From Candidatus Woesearchaeota archaeon (GTDB lineage Archaea > Nanobdellota > Nanobdellia > Woesearchaeales > SKGA01), in assembly GCA_016926395.1 (NCBI GenBank), contig JAFGOT010000035.1:692-64691 (forward strand): a stretch of 64,000 nt of DNA. Reading direction: 5' to 3'. The position numbers and the translations under genes were made by a program. This document shows positions 45,386-54,604 of this stretch, in pieces. The notes under the pieces were generated by a model that searched no databases, was not told the DNA's origin, and was given only the letters and a program-made list of their open reading frames with translations. Numbering within the stretch: position 1 is the stretch's first letter; every line of letters begins with the position of its first letter.

Positions 45386-46548
45386 AAAAAAACATTCTGA
45401 TGGTTTTAGGAAATGATTTGCTAAAACCACATGTAGATAATAGGGTGTTAAAAGAAGCTGAATCATTAATTAAATCTGGTTATTGTGTTTCTGTTCTTTG
45501 TCGTTCTCCAAATAATTTGCCACGTAATGAAGTTTATAACAAAATAAATGTATATAGGTTATCCAAAAAAAATTTATTAGGATGGTTTGTCGGCGCTGTT
45601 TTTTTTATTAAACGATTTTTAAGAAAAAATAAAGTTGATTTGTTGCATTGTCATGATTTAGGAGGATTTATTGTTGGTTCTTTGTTCAAATTGTTTGTAA
45701 GACGAAAGACTAAAGTTATTTATGATGCACACGAATTAGCATCCGAAATGTTTCAACCAAAAATAATTAACAAAACAGCTTCATTTCTAGAACATTTGTT
45801 TTTGCCTCTCGCATCAGGATTAATTGTTACTAACACTGATAGATTGGGAGTTATGAAACAAAAACATTCTATCTTAAAGTCCTTTAAACCAATACTGGAA
45901 TTGCCTAATTATCCAAAAAAAGAAGTTGTTAGTTTTTCTTCAAAAGAATTTATCTCTAGTTTAAGAAAAAAATACTTAATTCCTTCTTCTGGTAAAATCT
46001 TTGTTTATCAAGGTCCTTTAAGTTTTGAGAAAAGAGGAATTAATACTTTAGTTAGTGCGTTTATGAAACTAAATTCTTCTGATTGCTTGATTCTTATAGG
46101 TGGCCAAAATAGTAATTTAGAAAATTTGATTCAATCTAATCCATCTAAAGGAAAAGTCATAATTATTCCTTGGCTTTCTCAAAAAGAATTATATGGTGTA
46201 ATGTCTTTATCAGATTTTGGTGTTGTGGCTTATAAGAATATTTGTTTAAATAATTATTATTGTGCTCCAAATAAAACCTATGAATATATGGCTTCTAACT
46301 TGGCTATAATAGGGTCTGATTTTCCTATATTTAAAAGAGAAGTTTCAAATAATAATATTGGTTTTAATGGTTCTTTTGATTCTGAAAAACATTTGCTAAG
46401 AGCATTAAAAAAAGCATCTGCTGTTTCAAAACAAGAATTAGCTGATATGAAATCACGTTCTAAACAGTTATTTGATAAGCAATATAATTGGGAAATATTA
46501 GATCCTTCTTTTTTCAGATTCTATGAAGAGGTGTTATTTAATGATTAA
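45382..46548 (+). CDS. Glycosyltransferase family 4
   Basis: GT-B fold signatures, with NKTYEYMASNLAIIGSD at the E(x7)E position. Confidence 0.75.
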   Translation: MKKNILMVLGNDLLKPHVDNRVLKEAESLIKSGYCVSVLCRSPNNLPRNEVYNKINVYRLSKKNLLGWFVGAVFFIKRFLRKNKVDLLHCHDLGGFIVGSLFKLFVRRKTKVIYDAHELASEMFQPKIINKTASFLEHLFLPLASGLIVTNTDRLGVMKQKHSILKSFKPILELPNYPKKEVVSFSSKEFISSLRKKYLIPSSGKIFVYQGPLSFEKRGINTLVSAFMKLNSSDCLILIGGQNSNLENLIQSNPSKGKVIIIPWLSQKELYGVMSLSDFGVVAYKNICLNNYYCAPNKTYEYMASNLAIIGSDFPIFKREVSNNNIGFNGSFDSEKHLLRALKKASAVSKQELADMKSRSKQLFDKQYNWEILDPSFFRFYEEVLFND

Positions 46549-46575
46549 TTTTTTTAAATTTAATGAGGTCTTAAA

Positions 46576-47265
46576 ATGAAATTGCCTTTGTTTGTTTCTA
46601 AATTAGTTTCGAAAGTTGTTATTTATTTTAAGTACAGAATTCACAACTCTAAGATATCTTCTAATGCAAAAATATTTCCTTTTGATAATGTTGTTTTAGG
46701 AAAAAATGTTTCTGTTGGGGAAGGTGCTGTGTTATCAGGTAATTTGTTTGTTGGGGATTACACTCACATAAATAGAAATTGTGATTTTAGTGGTGGGAGA
46801 AGTGTTGATGTAGTTTTAGGAAAGTTTTGTTCTGTTGCATCTGGAACATCAATAATAAATTCTAACCATTACACTAATAGAATAACGACGTACGGTATTA
46901 AGGAAGAACTAGGTTTAAATTGTAAAAAGAAGGACTATTATGAAAAAGGACCTATTACAATAGGTAATGACGTTTGGATTGGTCGTGATGCAATTATTCT
47001 TTCAGGAGTGAGAATTGGTAATGGTGCAATTGTTGCTGCTTCGGCTGTTGTTTCCAAGGATGTTGATGACTATGAAATTGTTGGTGGCATTCCTGCTAAA
47101 CACATAAAGTACAGATTTTCTGAAGAGGTTAGAACGTTATTATTATCTTTAAAATGGTGGGATTGGTCAGAAAAGAAAATACGTGATAATAGTTTAATTT
47201 TTGATTTGGATTTAACTAACCAAGATGATATAAAAAAGTTGAGAGATATTGTTAATAAAAAATGA
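46576..47265 (+). CDS. Hexapeptide-repeat acetyltransferase (xenobiotic/Vat-CatB-like)
   Basis: IGNDVWIGRDAIILSGVRIGNGAIVAASAVV..GGIPAK, then the WWDWSEKKI tail typical of this subfamily. Confidence 0.8.
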   Translation: MKLPLFVSKLVSKVVIYFKYRIHNSKISSNAKIFPFDNVVLGKNVSVGEGAVLSGNLFVGDYTHINRNCDFSGGRSVDVVLGKFCSVASGTSIINSNHYTNRITTYGIKEELGLNCKKKDYYEKGPITIGNDVWIGRDAIILSGVRIGNGAIVAASAVVSKDVDDYEIVGGIPAKHIKYRFSEEVRTLLLSLKWWDWSEKKIRDNSLIFDLDLTNQDDIKKLRDIVNKK

Positions 47266-48644
47266 CTTCGTTTCACCAATCTTTGGAGTACGCTAAAATA
47301 TATGAACACAACTATTTATACTCCTGGGGTCAAAAAAGTGGAGTTTTATTTTTGAGAGGTGTAAATCCCAATTTATTCTTAAAACAACGTTGGTTGGGAA
47401 AACTATTTTATCCTTTATTAAAATTAATATCCTACAATTTAATAATTTTAGATGTTAAAGAATTACCAGATTCTTTTTATGATTTTTTTTCAAAAAAGTC
47501 ATATTCCTCAATATTGTTATCGCCGGATTTTAACTCTGGATTATTAACTTTGGATGAAAAATTAGTTTCCAATGAAGGGTTTGTGAAACAAAAGAAAGCC
47601 ACTGTTATTTTAAATCTAGAGAAGTTTGATTCTTTTGAATCTTATTCTAAAACTCTGAACAAGTCGTTATTAAAATCAATAAAGAAAGCAAATTCTAGTT
47701 TAACTTTTTTTAAAATAGATTCCATAAATGACTTAAAAAAAGCTTATTCTTTAGTAAAGCAAACTAATAAACGTAACTCTATAAGAATATACAATTCTTT
47801 TTCATCTTATAAGTATTTATTTTCTCGAAGTTGTATTGATTTTTATGCTGTTCGTGATAATGATAAATTATTGTCTTTACAAGGCGTAATCAAGTATAAT
47901 CGTCATGTTAATCTTTTTTCTGTAGCGAGTTCTGACTATGCTATTAAAAACAAAATTAATGCGAACGATTTTTTGCAGTATAAACTAATTGAAACTTGTT
48001 TTTTTGAACGAATTAAGTCGATAGATTGGGTGGGTTTTTCAGGTAAATCTACCGGTAAAGAAGCTTCTATTGATAAATTCAAACTAAAATGGAAAGGGGA
48101 TGTTATTAATTATTTTGAATACAGAAAAGCTAATAAGAGTCTTTTCTTTTCTTTCTTAAGAAAGATTTTTTCTTCAAATTCTTCAAACACTTATGATGTT
48201 AAATCCGCAGAGCCACTTTCATTGAAAGACGAAATTGAGAATTCCTCTTTGCCTTACAAAGAGGTATTATTGAATCAGTTTTCATTTTTGGATAAAAATT
48301 ACGCTTTGAGCAACAAATTTGATTTAGATTCTTTAAATACTGTTTTGAATTTTGCCAAGAACAATGGCATTTCTAATCATCGCATAATTGATTTTTTAGT
48401 TTCTTTTTTTAACACAGGTGATATGAACTTATCTTTTTCAAATATTAAAGTTAGTGATGACGCGATATCCAAAATACAAGCCATCATTGATGAAAATATT
48501 GATTTTATTAGACGAGAAGGCAAACATTCTTTTGGAAAGATAATCTCCATTTGTAAAAAAAGCTTAGGTCGAGATTTTGATGGCAAGAAAGTTTCTGAAA
48601 TGTTAACGAAACAATTAAATGGGTTAAAAAATGAAAAATTATAA
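47262..48644 (+). CDS. FemABX-like (Acetyltransf_6/GNAT) transferase fused to a GatB/YqeY-like C-terminal domain
   Basis: The N-terminus FHQSLEYAKIYE plus the central block (FYAVRDNDKLLSLQG...FSVASSD...NDFLQYKLIE...IDWVGFSG) resemble Fem-family proteins. The last ~115 aa (NGISNHRIIDFLVSFF...VSDDAISKIQAIIDENIDFIRREGKHSFGKIISICKKSLGRDFDGKKVSEMLTKQL) follow the GatB/YqeY tail pattern. Confidence 0.55.
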   Translation: MTSFHQSLEYAKIYEHNYLYSWGQKSGVLFLRGVNPNLFLKQRWLGKLFYPLLKLISYNLIILDVKELPDSFYDFFSKKSYSSILLSPDFNSGLLTLDEKLVSNEGFVKQKKATVILNLEKFDSFESYSKTLNKSLLKSIKKANSSLTFFKIDSINDLKKAYSLVKQTNKRNSIRIYNSFSSYKYLFSRSCIDFYAVRDNDKLLSLQGVIKYNRHVNLFSVASSDYAIKNKINANDFLQYKLIETCFFERIKSIDWVGFSGKSTGKEASIDKFKLKWKGDVINYFEYRKANKSLFFSFLRKIFSSNSSNTYDVKSAEPLSLKDEIENSSLPYKEVLLNQFSFLDKNYALSNKFDLDSLNTVLNFAKNNGISNHRIIDFLVSFFNTGDMNLSFSNIKVSDDAISKIQAIIDENIDFIRREGKHSFGKIISICKKSLGRDFDGKKVSEMLTKQLNGLKNEKL

Positions 48645-49284
48645 ACGAATACGTTCACTTTGGACTGAAAACGCACCTCATCTTTGGTGGGGTGATCCTC
48701 TGGATGTCCGGTTCTTTTTGTGCGAAGAGTTATCTCGCTTTAAAAATAAGAACGTATTGGATGTGGCATGTAATGCAGGTATTGTTTCCTCATTGATGAC
48801 TCATTGTGATGTTACTGGAGTGGACATTAATAAGGATGCCATTGACGTTGCCCGCCGGATTAATCCTTCCTTCAAATATTTTGTTGCTGACATATTTAAA
48901 TTAAATAATCTTTTTGAAAACGAGTCATTTGATATAATTATTCTATCACATGTTTTACCAAAAGACAATTTTCCTTCAGAAAAATTTCCGATTGAATTAA
49001 TGGATGTTATTTTTCCTTTATTAAAAAAAGGAGGTATATTGTTTATTACTACCCCCAATCCAGCTCGTGCATTCAACGGGAAAAACAAGTTTATTAATGA
49101 TGTTTATTTAACTCATTTGCTTAATAGGTATAATTTGCGTTATGACTTAAGGTATTGGTGTAAATGGAACATACATTTAAATCATCTATTCAAGTTTATA
49201 CCTAACATTTGGAATTTGCTAATAAGTATGAGTTTTAAAAAAGGAAGGAGTGTAAGTTTTTATGTTAAAGCAATTAAAAAATAA
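48631..49284 (+). CDS. Class I SAM-dependent methyltransferase
   Basis: VLDVACNAGI, DIIILSHVL, LKKGGILFITTP. Confidence 0.75.
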   Translation: MKNYKRIRSLWTENAPHLWWGDPLDVRFFLCEELSRFKNKNVLDVACNAGIVSSLMTHCDVTGVDINKDAIDVARRINPSFKYFVADIFKLNNLFENESFDIIILSHVLPKDNFPSEKFPIELMDVIFPLLKKGGILFITTPNPARAFNGKNKFINDVYLTHLLNRYNLRYDLRYWCKWNIHLNHLFKFIPNIWNLLISMSFKKGRSVSFYVKAIKK

Positions 49285-50191
49285 TCTAATATGGTTTATT
49301 AACTTATTAGACAAGAATTTTCACTTACACATATTTCCAAGAGATCGAATTTTTTCTCTAGACTCTAATGATTTGGTTATTTTTAAGAATAGAAAACTTG
49401 TTTTAAACACGAACCGTTATGGATTTGACATGTTCTATTTTTGTTGTTCTTTTGATTACTTAAATGAACATTATTTTTGTTTTCAAGCATCCAAGTTGAA
49501 TAAAGATCTTTCTCACTCTTCGTTTATTTGTATCATTGATTCAAAAAATAACCTTGTTAAAAAAATATCTGCTAAAGAATTAGGTTTTTCATCATTTTCT
49601 TCGTTACAGGTGTTAGTTGATGATAAACCAATCTTATATTTCTGTGCAGACAATAACAAACAATTTTCATTATATTCTTTGATTTTGGAAGATATTGGTT
49701 TATATTCAAAACCTACTTTGTTACGAAGGGATATTTTTCAGTTCAGTATTTTTAGCTTTAAAAATAAATTTATAATAATTTACAAAAAATCTAATGATAC
49801 TTCTTTGAATGCCGTGAAAACTGCCGACTTTTTACATTTTTCAGATTGGAAACTAAATTTAATAACTGCTGAAGATTTTGTTTTTATTGATAATCCATCC
49901 ATTGTACAAAATGATTCAACTATACATTTATTTTGTAGAATTTCTCATCATAGTGCCTTAGAATCTAATATAATATCTTTCACTTCTTCAGATGCGCATA
50001 CTTTTAATCAGTCATCTGTTAGATTGTTACCTTTACACAATCGTTATGAACGACATTCTACCGCTTTTCCATTTGTTACAACTTTTGATGGTAAATTTCG
50101 TCTATATTATACAGCTTATTGGGGATTTCATTTGTTGAATAAATTAACAATAAAGAGATGGGTTAATAATAAACGTTCTTCAGGTAAATAA
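49262..50191 (+). CDS. Hypothetical protein (possibly a beta-propeller glycosidase/transferase-like fold)
   Basis: 309 aa with weak resemblance (FPFVTTFDGKFRLYYTAY) to 5-bladed propeller sugar enzymes. It is embedded in the glycan operon. Confidence 0.4.
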   Translation: MLKQLKNNLIWFINLLDKNFHLHIFPRDRIFSLDSNDLVIFKNRKLVLNTNRYGFDMFYFCCSFDYLNEHYFCFQASKLNKDLSHSSFICIIDSKNNLVKKISAKELGFSSFSSLQVLVDDKPILYFCADNNKQFSLYSLILEDIGLYSKPTLLRRDIFQFSIFSFKNKFIIIYKKSNDTSLNAVKTADFLHFSDWKLNLITAEDFVFIDNPSIVQNDSTIHLFCRISHHSALESNIISFTSSDAHTFNQSSVRLLPLHNRYERHSTAFPFVTTFDGKFRLYYTAYWGFHLLNKLTIKRWVNNKRSSGK

Positions 50192-50192
50192 A

Positions 50193-50870
50193 ATGGTAAT
50201 TAAAAAATTAAAGATTTATGGTAAGTTGGCTAATCGCGAGAGTTTGAAAGATTACATTTCTAAAATAAAAAACAATCCTAACACTCTAAAATTGCGTGTA
50301 TTAAAGCATGTTGCTTCTAATATGGCTGATGTTCATTTTTTAGATGTTGGTGCCCAAATGGGTGCTTACCTTTTTCATCTAAGCAAAGAGAATAATTTCA
50401 AACAGCTTGATGGTATTGATATTGAACCAGAATTTATTTCTCTTGGGAATAAATATTTAGTCAATGGGCTTGATAATGTAAACTTGTCTTTGACAAATCT
50501 ATTTGATATTAATAATAAGAAATATGATTTAATTTTTATGTCCGAAGTTATTGAGCATGTTGATAATCCTTTAGCTTTTATTACGAAAATATATTCTTTA
50601 CTTGAGGCAGGGGGACACTTTGTAATAACCACGCCTTCAGGTAATAGTCTAACAAATATACTTTTGAATATTAAGCATTTTAAAGATTTATCTTATATTG
50701 AGAATGAAAAAAGAGGTTTTGGCACGGAAACAGACCATTATTATTGTTGGGACAAATTGACTTTATTCCGTCTTTGTAATAGTGTTGGTTTTAAGTATGT
50801 TGACCATCGCATCTCAAATCGTTTCAGACCTATAAAAGGTCAATCAATCATCTTAATTGTTAAGAAATAA
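50193..50870 (+). CDS. Class I SAM-dependent methyltransferase
   Basis: FLDVGAQMGAY, DLIFMSEVIEHVDNP, GGHFVITTP. Confidence 0.75.
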   Translation: MVIKKLKIYGKLANRESLKDYISKIKNNPNTLKLRVLKHVASNMADVHFLDVGAQMGAYLFHLSKENNFKQLDGIDIEPEFISLGNKYLVNGLDNVNLSLTNLFDINNKKYDLIFMSEVIEHVDNPLAFITKIYSLLEAGGHFVITTPSGNSLTNILLNIKHFKDLSYIENEKRGFGTETDHYYCWDKLTLFRLCNSVGFKYVDHRISNRFRPIKGQSIILIVKK

Positions 50871-52341
50871 ATTTTGATTTTAATTCTTTTATTTCTTTAA
50901 CTGTAACTGTTTTGGTTGTTATTAATATTGAACAGTAAATTATAGCAAGAACCAAAACAAATAATGCTCCAGAAATTAAATTATTAATTTTGAACTGTGA
51001 ATTAATTATGATTCCTATTGCTGTGGTTATTGCTCCGATAAAAATTACTAGAAAATGACCTTTATTAAATGTAACTTTTGTTTTGCTTTTAACGTGAATA
51101 AAACCAAGTACAAACATTAATGTGTACCCAATTACTGTTGTAATTGCAGCTCCTTTAAGCCCTAATGCAGGTATTAACAAAAGATTTAGCAAAAAGTTTA
51201 TTGCTCCTCCGAAAAGAGTGTACTGAGCAATTTTTTTTGTTTCACCTATTGCAAACAAAACATTGAAATTGGTCGTTGATAAAAGACCCATTAATCCTGC
51301 AAAAATTAATATTTTTAATACGGCACCTCCTGCGATATATTGTTTACCGAAAAGAAGGATTACTATTTCCTTTGATAGTATTGTTATTATTCCAACCAAT
51401 GGTAATGTTACCAACAATAAGTATTTGTAGATTTGTTCAATTCCTTCCTTGAGATGTGTATACATTTTTTTTGCCCACAACTCAGATGTCATAGGTATCA
51501 TAACTGTGCTAACTGCGGTACTGACATATATTAGAATACTTGATATTGGAACTGCAGAATTATATATTCCAACGTCTGACGTTGTTTTTAGTATTGAAAT
51601 CATAAATGTATCTATGTTTTGCAGAAGTAATCCGCCTAATGATGCAAATATTGTTGGAAGTCCAAAAGTCCAAAGTTGTTTTGTTATTGATTTATTTTTG
51701 TTTATTCTTTTTATTTTTGGAATTAATTTTTTTCCAAACCATGAAAAATAGAGAACTAACAAAGTCAATGAAGTTATTATATATGAGAATATAGGTGCTT
51801 GGATTTTAAGACCAAATTTTAACAATGGTATGACTATTATCAGTGACAAAATTTGTCTGATGAATTGAAATGAGGCATACTTAAAATGTTTTTGAAATGC
51901 AGTTAATATTTGTGCCATTGTTTGATCAATTCCTTGAAACAAAAACAACAAACTGAACAATCTAACTTCAAAAACAAGTTCCACTGAGTGAAGATAGTGT
52001 ATTGCAATATATTTGGATAATATCAATGCTGAGGTAGCCAAAACAACACTGGTGGCACCAATAATTTTGACGCAATAATTAAACACAATTTTAGCTTCAG
52101 ATAATTTTTCATTCGCAATATATTTAGAGATATAAGTGACCAACGCTTGACCCATGCCAAGTCCTCTAAATAAAAACAATAATGACATAAATGCATAAAG
52201 TGAATAAAATAATCCATACTCTTCAACGGTTAAATTTCTTGCTAAGACCATTCTATAAACATAACCTATAACTGCACCTAGCATAGTCATTAAGAATACC
52301 CAGAAAAATCCTTTAACTGCTCTTTGAGTATAGTTTGTCAT
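50860..52341 (-). CDS. Oligosaccharide flippase (Wzx/MOP superfamily, AglR-like)
   Basis: 493 aa with about 12-14 TM helices and the typical polysaccharide biosynthesis protein architecture. It is convergent with the plus-strand glycan operon (11-nt overlap). Confidence 0.85.
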   Translation of the reverse strand: MTNYTQRAVKGFFWVFLMTMLGAVIGYVYRMVLARNLTVEEYGLFYSLYAFMSLLFLFRGLGMGQALVTYISKYIANEKLSEAKIVFNYCVKIIGATSVVLATSALILSKYIAIHYLHSVELVFEVRLFSLLFLFQGIDQTMAQILTAFQKHFKYASFQFIRQILSLIIVIPLLKFGLKIQAPIFSYIITSLTLLVLYFSWFGKKLIPKIKRINKNKSITKQLWTFGLPTIFASLGGLLLQNIDTFMISILKTTSDVGIYNSAVPISSILIYVSTAVSTVMIPMTSELWAKKMYTHLKEGIEQIYKYLLLVTLPLVGIITILSKEIVILLFGKQYIAGGAVLKILIFAGLMGLLSTTNFNVLFAIGETKKIAQYTLFGGAINFLLNLLLIPALGLKGAAITTVIGYTLMFVLGFIHVKSKTKVTFNKGHFLVIFIGAITTAIGIIINSQFKINNLISGALFVLVLAIIYCSILITTKTVTVKEIKELKSKFIS

Positions 52342-52342
52342 T

Positions 52343-53446
52343 TCATTCCTCTATAATATTTTCAAACTTCTCAATAGTTTTTGTCCAATCAAAGTTGTTC
52401 TTCACTTTCTCTTTTATTTTTTTAGAAAATTCGCTTCTTAGTTTTTTATTTTCTAATTTTTTCAATGCTTTTTTTATTTCATCAACACTTTTAGACTTAA
52501 TTAATATTCCATTGATACCATCATCTATTATTTCATTTGTTCCACCAACGTCTGTTGCTATTATTGGCAAACCTATCGCCCCTGCTTCTAGTACGCTTGT
52601 CGGTAGTCCTTCTGAGTATGATGGGTTTACGAAAATATCTGACTCGCTTAGAATTTTAATTATTTCTTTTTGATTTTTTTGTCCTAAGAAATTAACTTTA
52701 ACTTTTAACTTGAAACTTAACTTTTCTAATTCTTTTTTATATGGTCCTTCGCCAACAACATTCAACACATAATCTTTTCCTTTTACTGCTTCTATTATGT
52801 GTTGTATTCCTTTGGCATATATTAATCTTCCAACATATGTTATTGTAGTTTTCTTATTCTTTTCACTTTTTATTTTACTAAATTGACTTGTATGTATTGA
52901 ATTATGTATTGTTGTTGTTTTTTTAGCTCCTAGTTTTTTTGAGAAAGAAACGCATTTTTTTGAAATTCCAACAACCAAATTTGCTTTGCTAATAACAAAA
53001 CGTCCTAATGTCTGATCATATATCCATGCAGCTATTGTTACAATAGGGTTTTTATGTGTTACAAACTTATTTCCATGCTCTATGTGTATAAATTTAGATT
53101 TCATTTTTTGAGCTAATTTAAGCCCAATAAATGTGCTTGTAAAGAAGCGAGTGTTGGTTATAACAACATCATATTTTTCATTTAATATTTTTTTTCTTAA
53201 TTTTTTATATTCAAAACTAAACACTTTAGGAATTGAGTATGTGTCCCCAAGAATTTCAAAACAAGGAAGGCGGATTATGTTTATATTGTTTTTTTTCTCA
53301 AATTCTTTTAGTTGTTTGTATTGAAATGTGAGAACATCAACTTTGTTACCTTTCTTGGCAAGTCCGTTTGATAGTTCTAATGCAAACTTTTCTAGTCCTC
53401 CAACGTATGGATAAAAATGATTAGCAACAATCAGTATTTTTTTCAA
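52343..53446 (-). CDS. Glycosyltransferase family 4
   Basis: N-terminus ILIVANHFYPYVGGLEKF and C-terminus SEGLPTSVLEAGAIGLPIIATDVGG. Confidence 0.85.
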   Translation of the reverse strand: MKKILIVANHFYPYVGGLEKFALELSNGLAKKGNKVDVLTFQYKQLKEFEKKNNINIIRLPCFEILGDTYSIPKVFSFEYKKLRKKILNEKYDVVITNTRFFTSTFIGLKLAQKMKSKFIHIEHGNKFVTHKNPIVTIAAWIYDQTLGRFVISKANLVVGISKKCVSFSKKLGAKKTTTIHNSIHTSQFSKIKSEKNKKTTITYVGRLIYAKGIQHIIEAVKGKDYVLNVVGEGPYKKELEKLSFKLKVKVNFLGQKNQKEIIKILSESDIFVNPSYSEGLPTSVLEAGAIGLPIIATDVGGTNEIIDDGINGILIKSKSVDEIKKALKKLENKKLRSEFSKKIKEKVKNNFDWTKTIEKFENIIEE

Positions 53447-53465
53447 TTTTGTTTTCCCCTAAGGT

Positions 53466-53813
53466 TCATTTCTTTTTTTCTTTCTTATCAACTTCTTTGT
53501 ATGCGATTGTTCTTACTAATTTTTCTAGTTTGTTTTCCGTTTTGTTTACTTTTTGATGTAAATAAAACATTAAAACCAAGAAGAACGCAAAGCCAATTAG
53601 TGTTAGAAAGTCTATTGTTCCTGTGACGCTTAGTTTACCGCCCACTCCTGATATTATTTGAGGAAATATTGATAAAATAATCACTATCAGCCATATTCCT
53701 CCCCAGAGTGCTAATCCTTGTTTGCTAGTTTGGTTTCTTTTAAACCCATGAAATGTTAGGTAAAACATTGCTAATGCAAATAATATTCCCAAAATTTGTA
53801 TTCCAAGTACCAT
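53466..53813 (-). CDS. DUF2304-like small membrane protein
   Basis: 115 aa with 4 TM helices. It lies directly downstream of a GT2 gene, which is the usual partner arrangement. Confidence 0.65.
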   Translation of the reverse strand: MVLGIQILGILFALAMFYLTFHGFKRNQTSKQGLALWGGIWLIVIILSIFPQIISGVGGKLSVTGTIDFLTLIGFAFFLVLMFYLHQKVNKTENKLEKLVRTIAYKEVDKKEKKK

Positions 53814-53823
53814 TTTTTTAGTT

Positions 53824-54522
53824 TTACTTTCCTCCTAGTAGTTGTATTGCTTTCCATTTGATCATTTGAATTAATATTTTGATTCCGTGTATTGGGGTAG
53901 TTCCTTTGTAATTATCTAAGTATATTGTTTTTATTGGTATCTCTTTATATTTTAATCCCTTTGCGTTGACTATCATTTCTGTTTCCATACCATATAGCTT
54001 AGATTCCCATCGCAACTGTTTGTACACGTTTCTTCTAAATGTTCTAAAACCTGATTGTGTGTCTCTAATTTTTGCTCCAAACATTATACGAACCAACCAC
54101 GTTAATCCCCAGTTTCCAACACTCATTAGAAATGGAGATTTTCCTTCAGAAGTCCTATATCCATACACTATGTCTGTGTTTTTTAGCGCTTCTAGAAATC
54201 TTGGTATATCTTCTGGTTCGTGTTGTCCGTCCGAATCCATCAGAATAAAGATATTGTATTTTTCTTTGTAAGCAAAGTCACAACCTGTTCTTGCCGCGTT
54301 ACCTTTTCCAAGATTTATTATGTGTCGCAAGACAACGTCTGCTTTTGATTCTTTTGCAATCTTTGAGGTATTATCTGCACTTCCATCATCGATAACTATG
54401 ATTTCTAGGTCTAATTTATTTTTTAGAGAAACATGTTTTATTCTTTTTATTACTTCAGAAATGTGTTTTTCTTCATTCCATGCAGGCATAATAACTGCTA
54501 TTTTCTTTGCCATGACAACCAC
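53824..54522 (-). CDS. GT2 dolichyl-phosphate sugar synthase-like glycosyltransferase
   Basis: IAVIMPAWNEE, VIDDGSADNT, MDSDGQH (DxD). Confidence 0.9.
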   Translation of the reverse strand: MVVMAKKIAVIMPAWNEEKHISEVIKRIKHVSLKNKLDLEIIVIDDGSADNTSKIAKESKADVVLRHIINLGKGNAARTGCDFAYKEKYNIFILMDSDGQHEPEDIPRFLEALKNTDIVYGYRTSEGKSPFLMSVGNWGLTWLVRIMFGAKIRDTQSGFRTFRRNVYKQLRWESKLYGMETEMIVNAKGLKYKEIPIKTIYLDNYKGTTPIHGIKILIQMIKWKAIQLLGGK

Positions 54523-54604
54523 ATAACTAGACTTACTTAATAATTCTTTTAAAAATAAAATGAAGGTAACTTCTAGAATCTGTTACCTTTGTTTTTGTAT
54601 TTAA

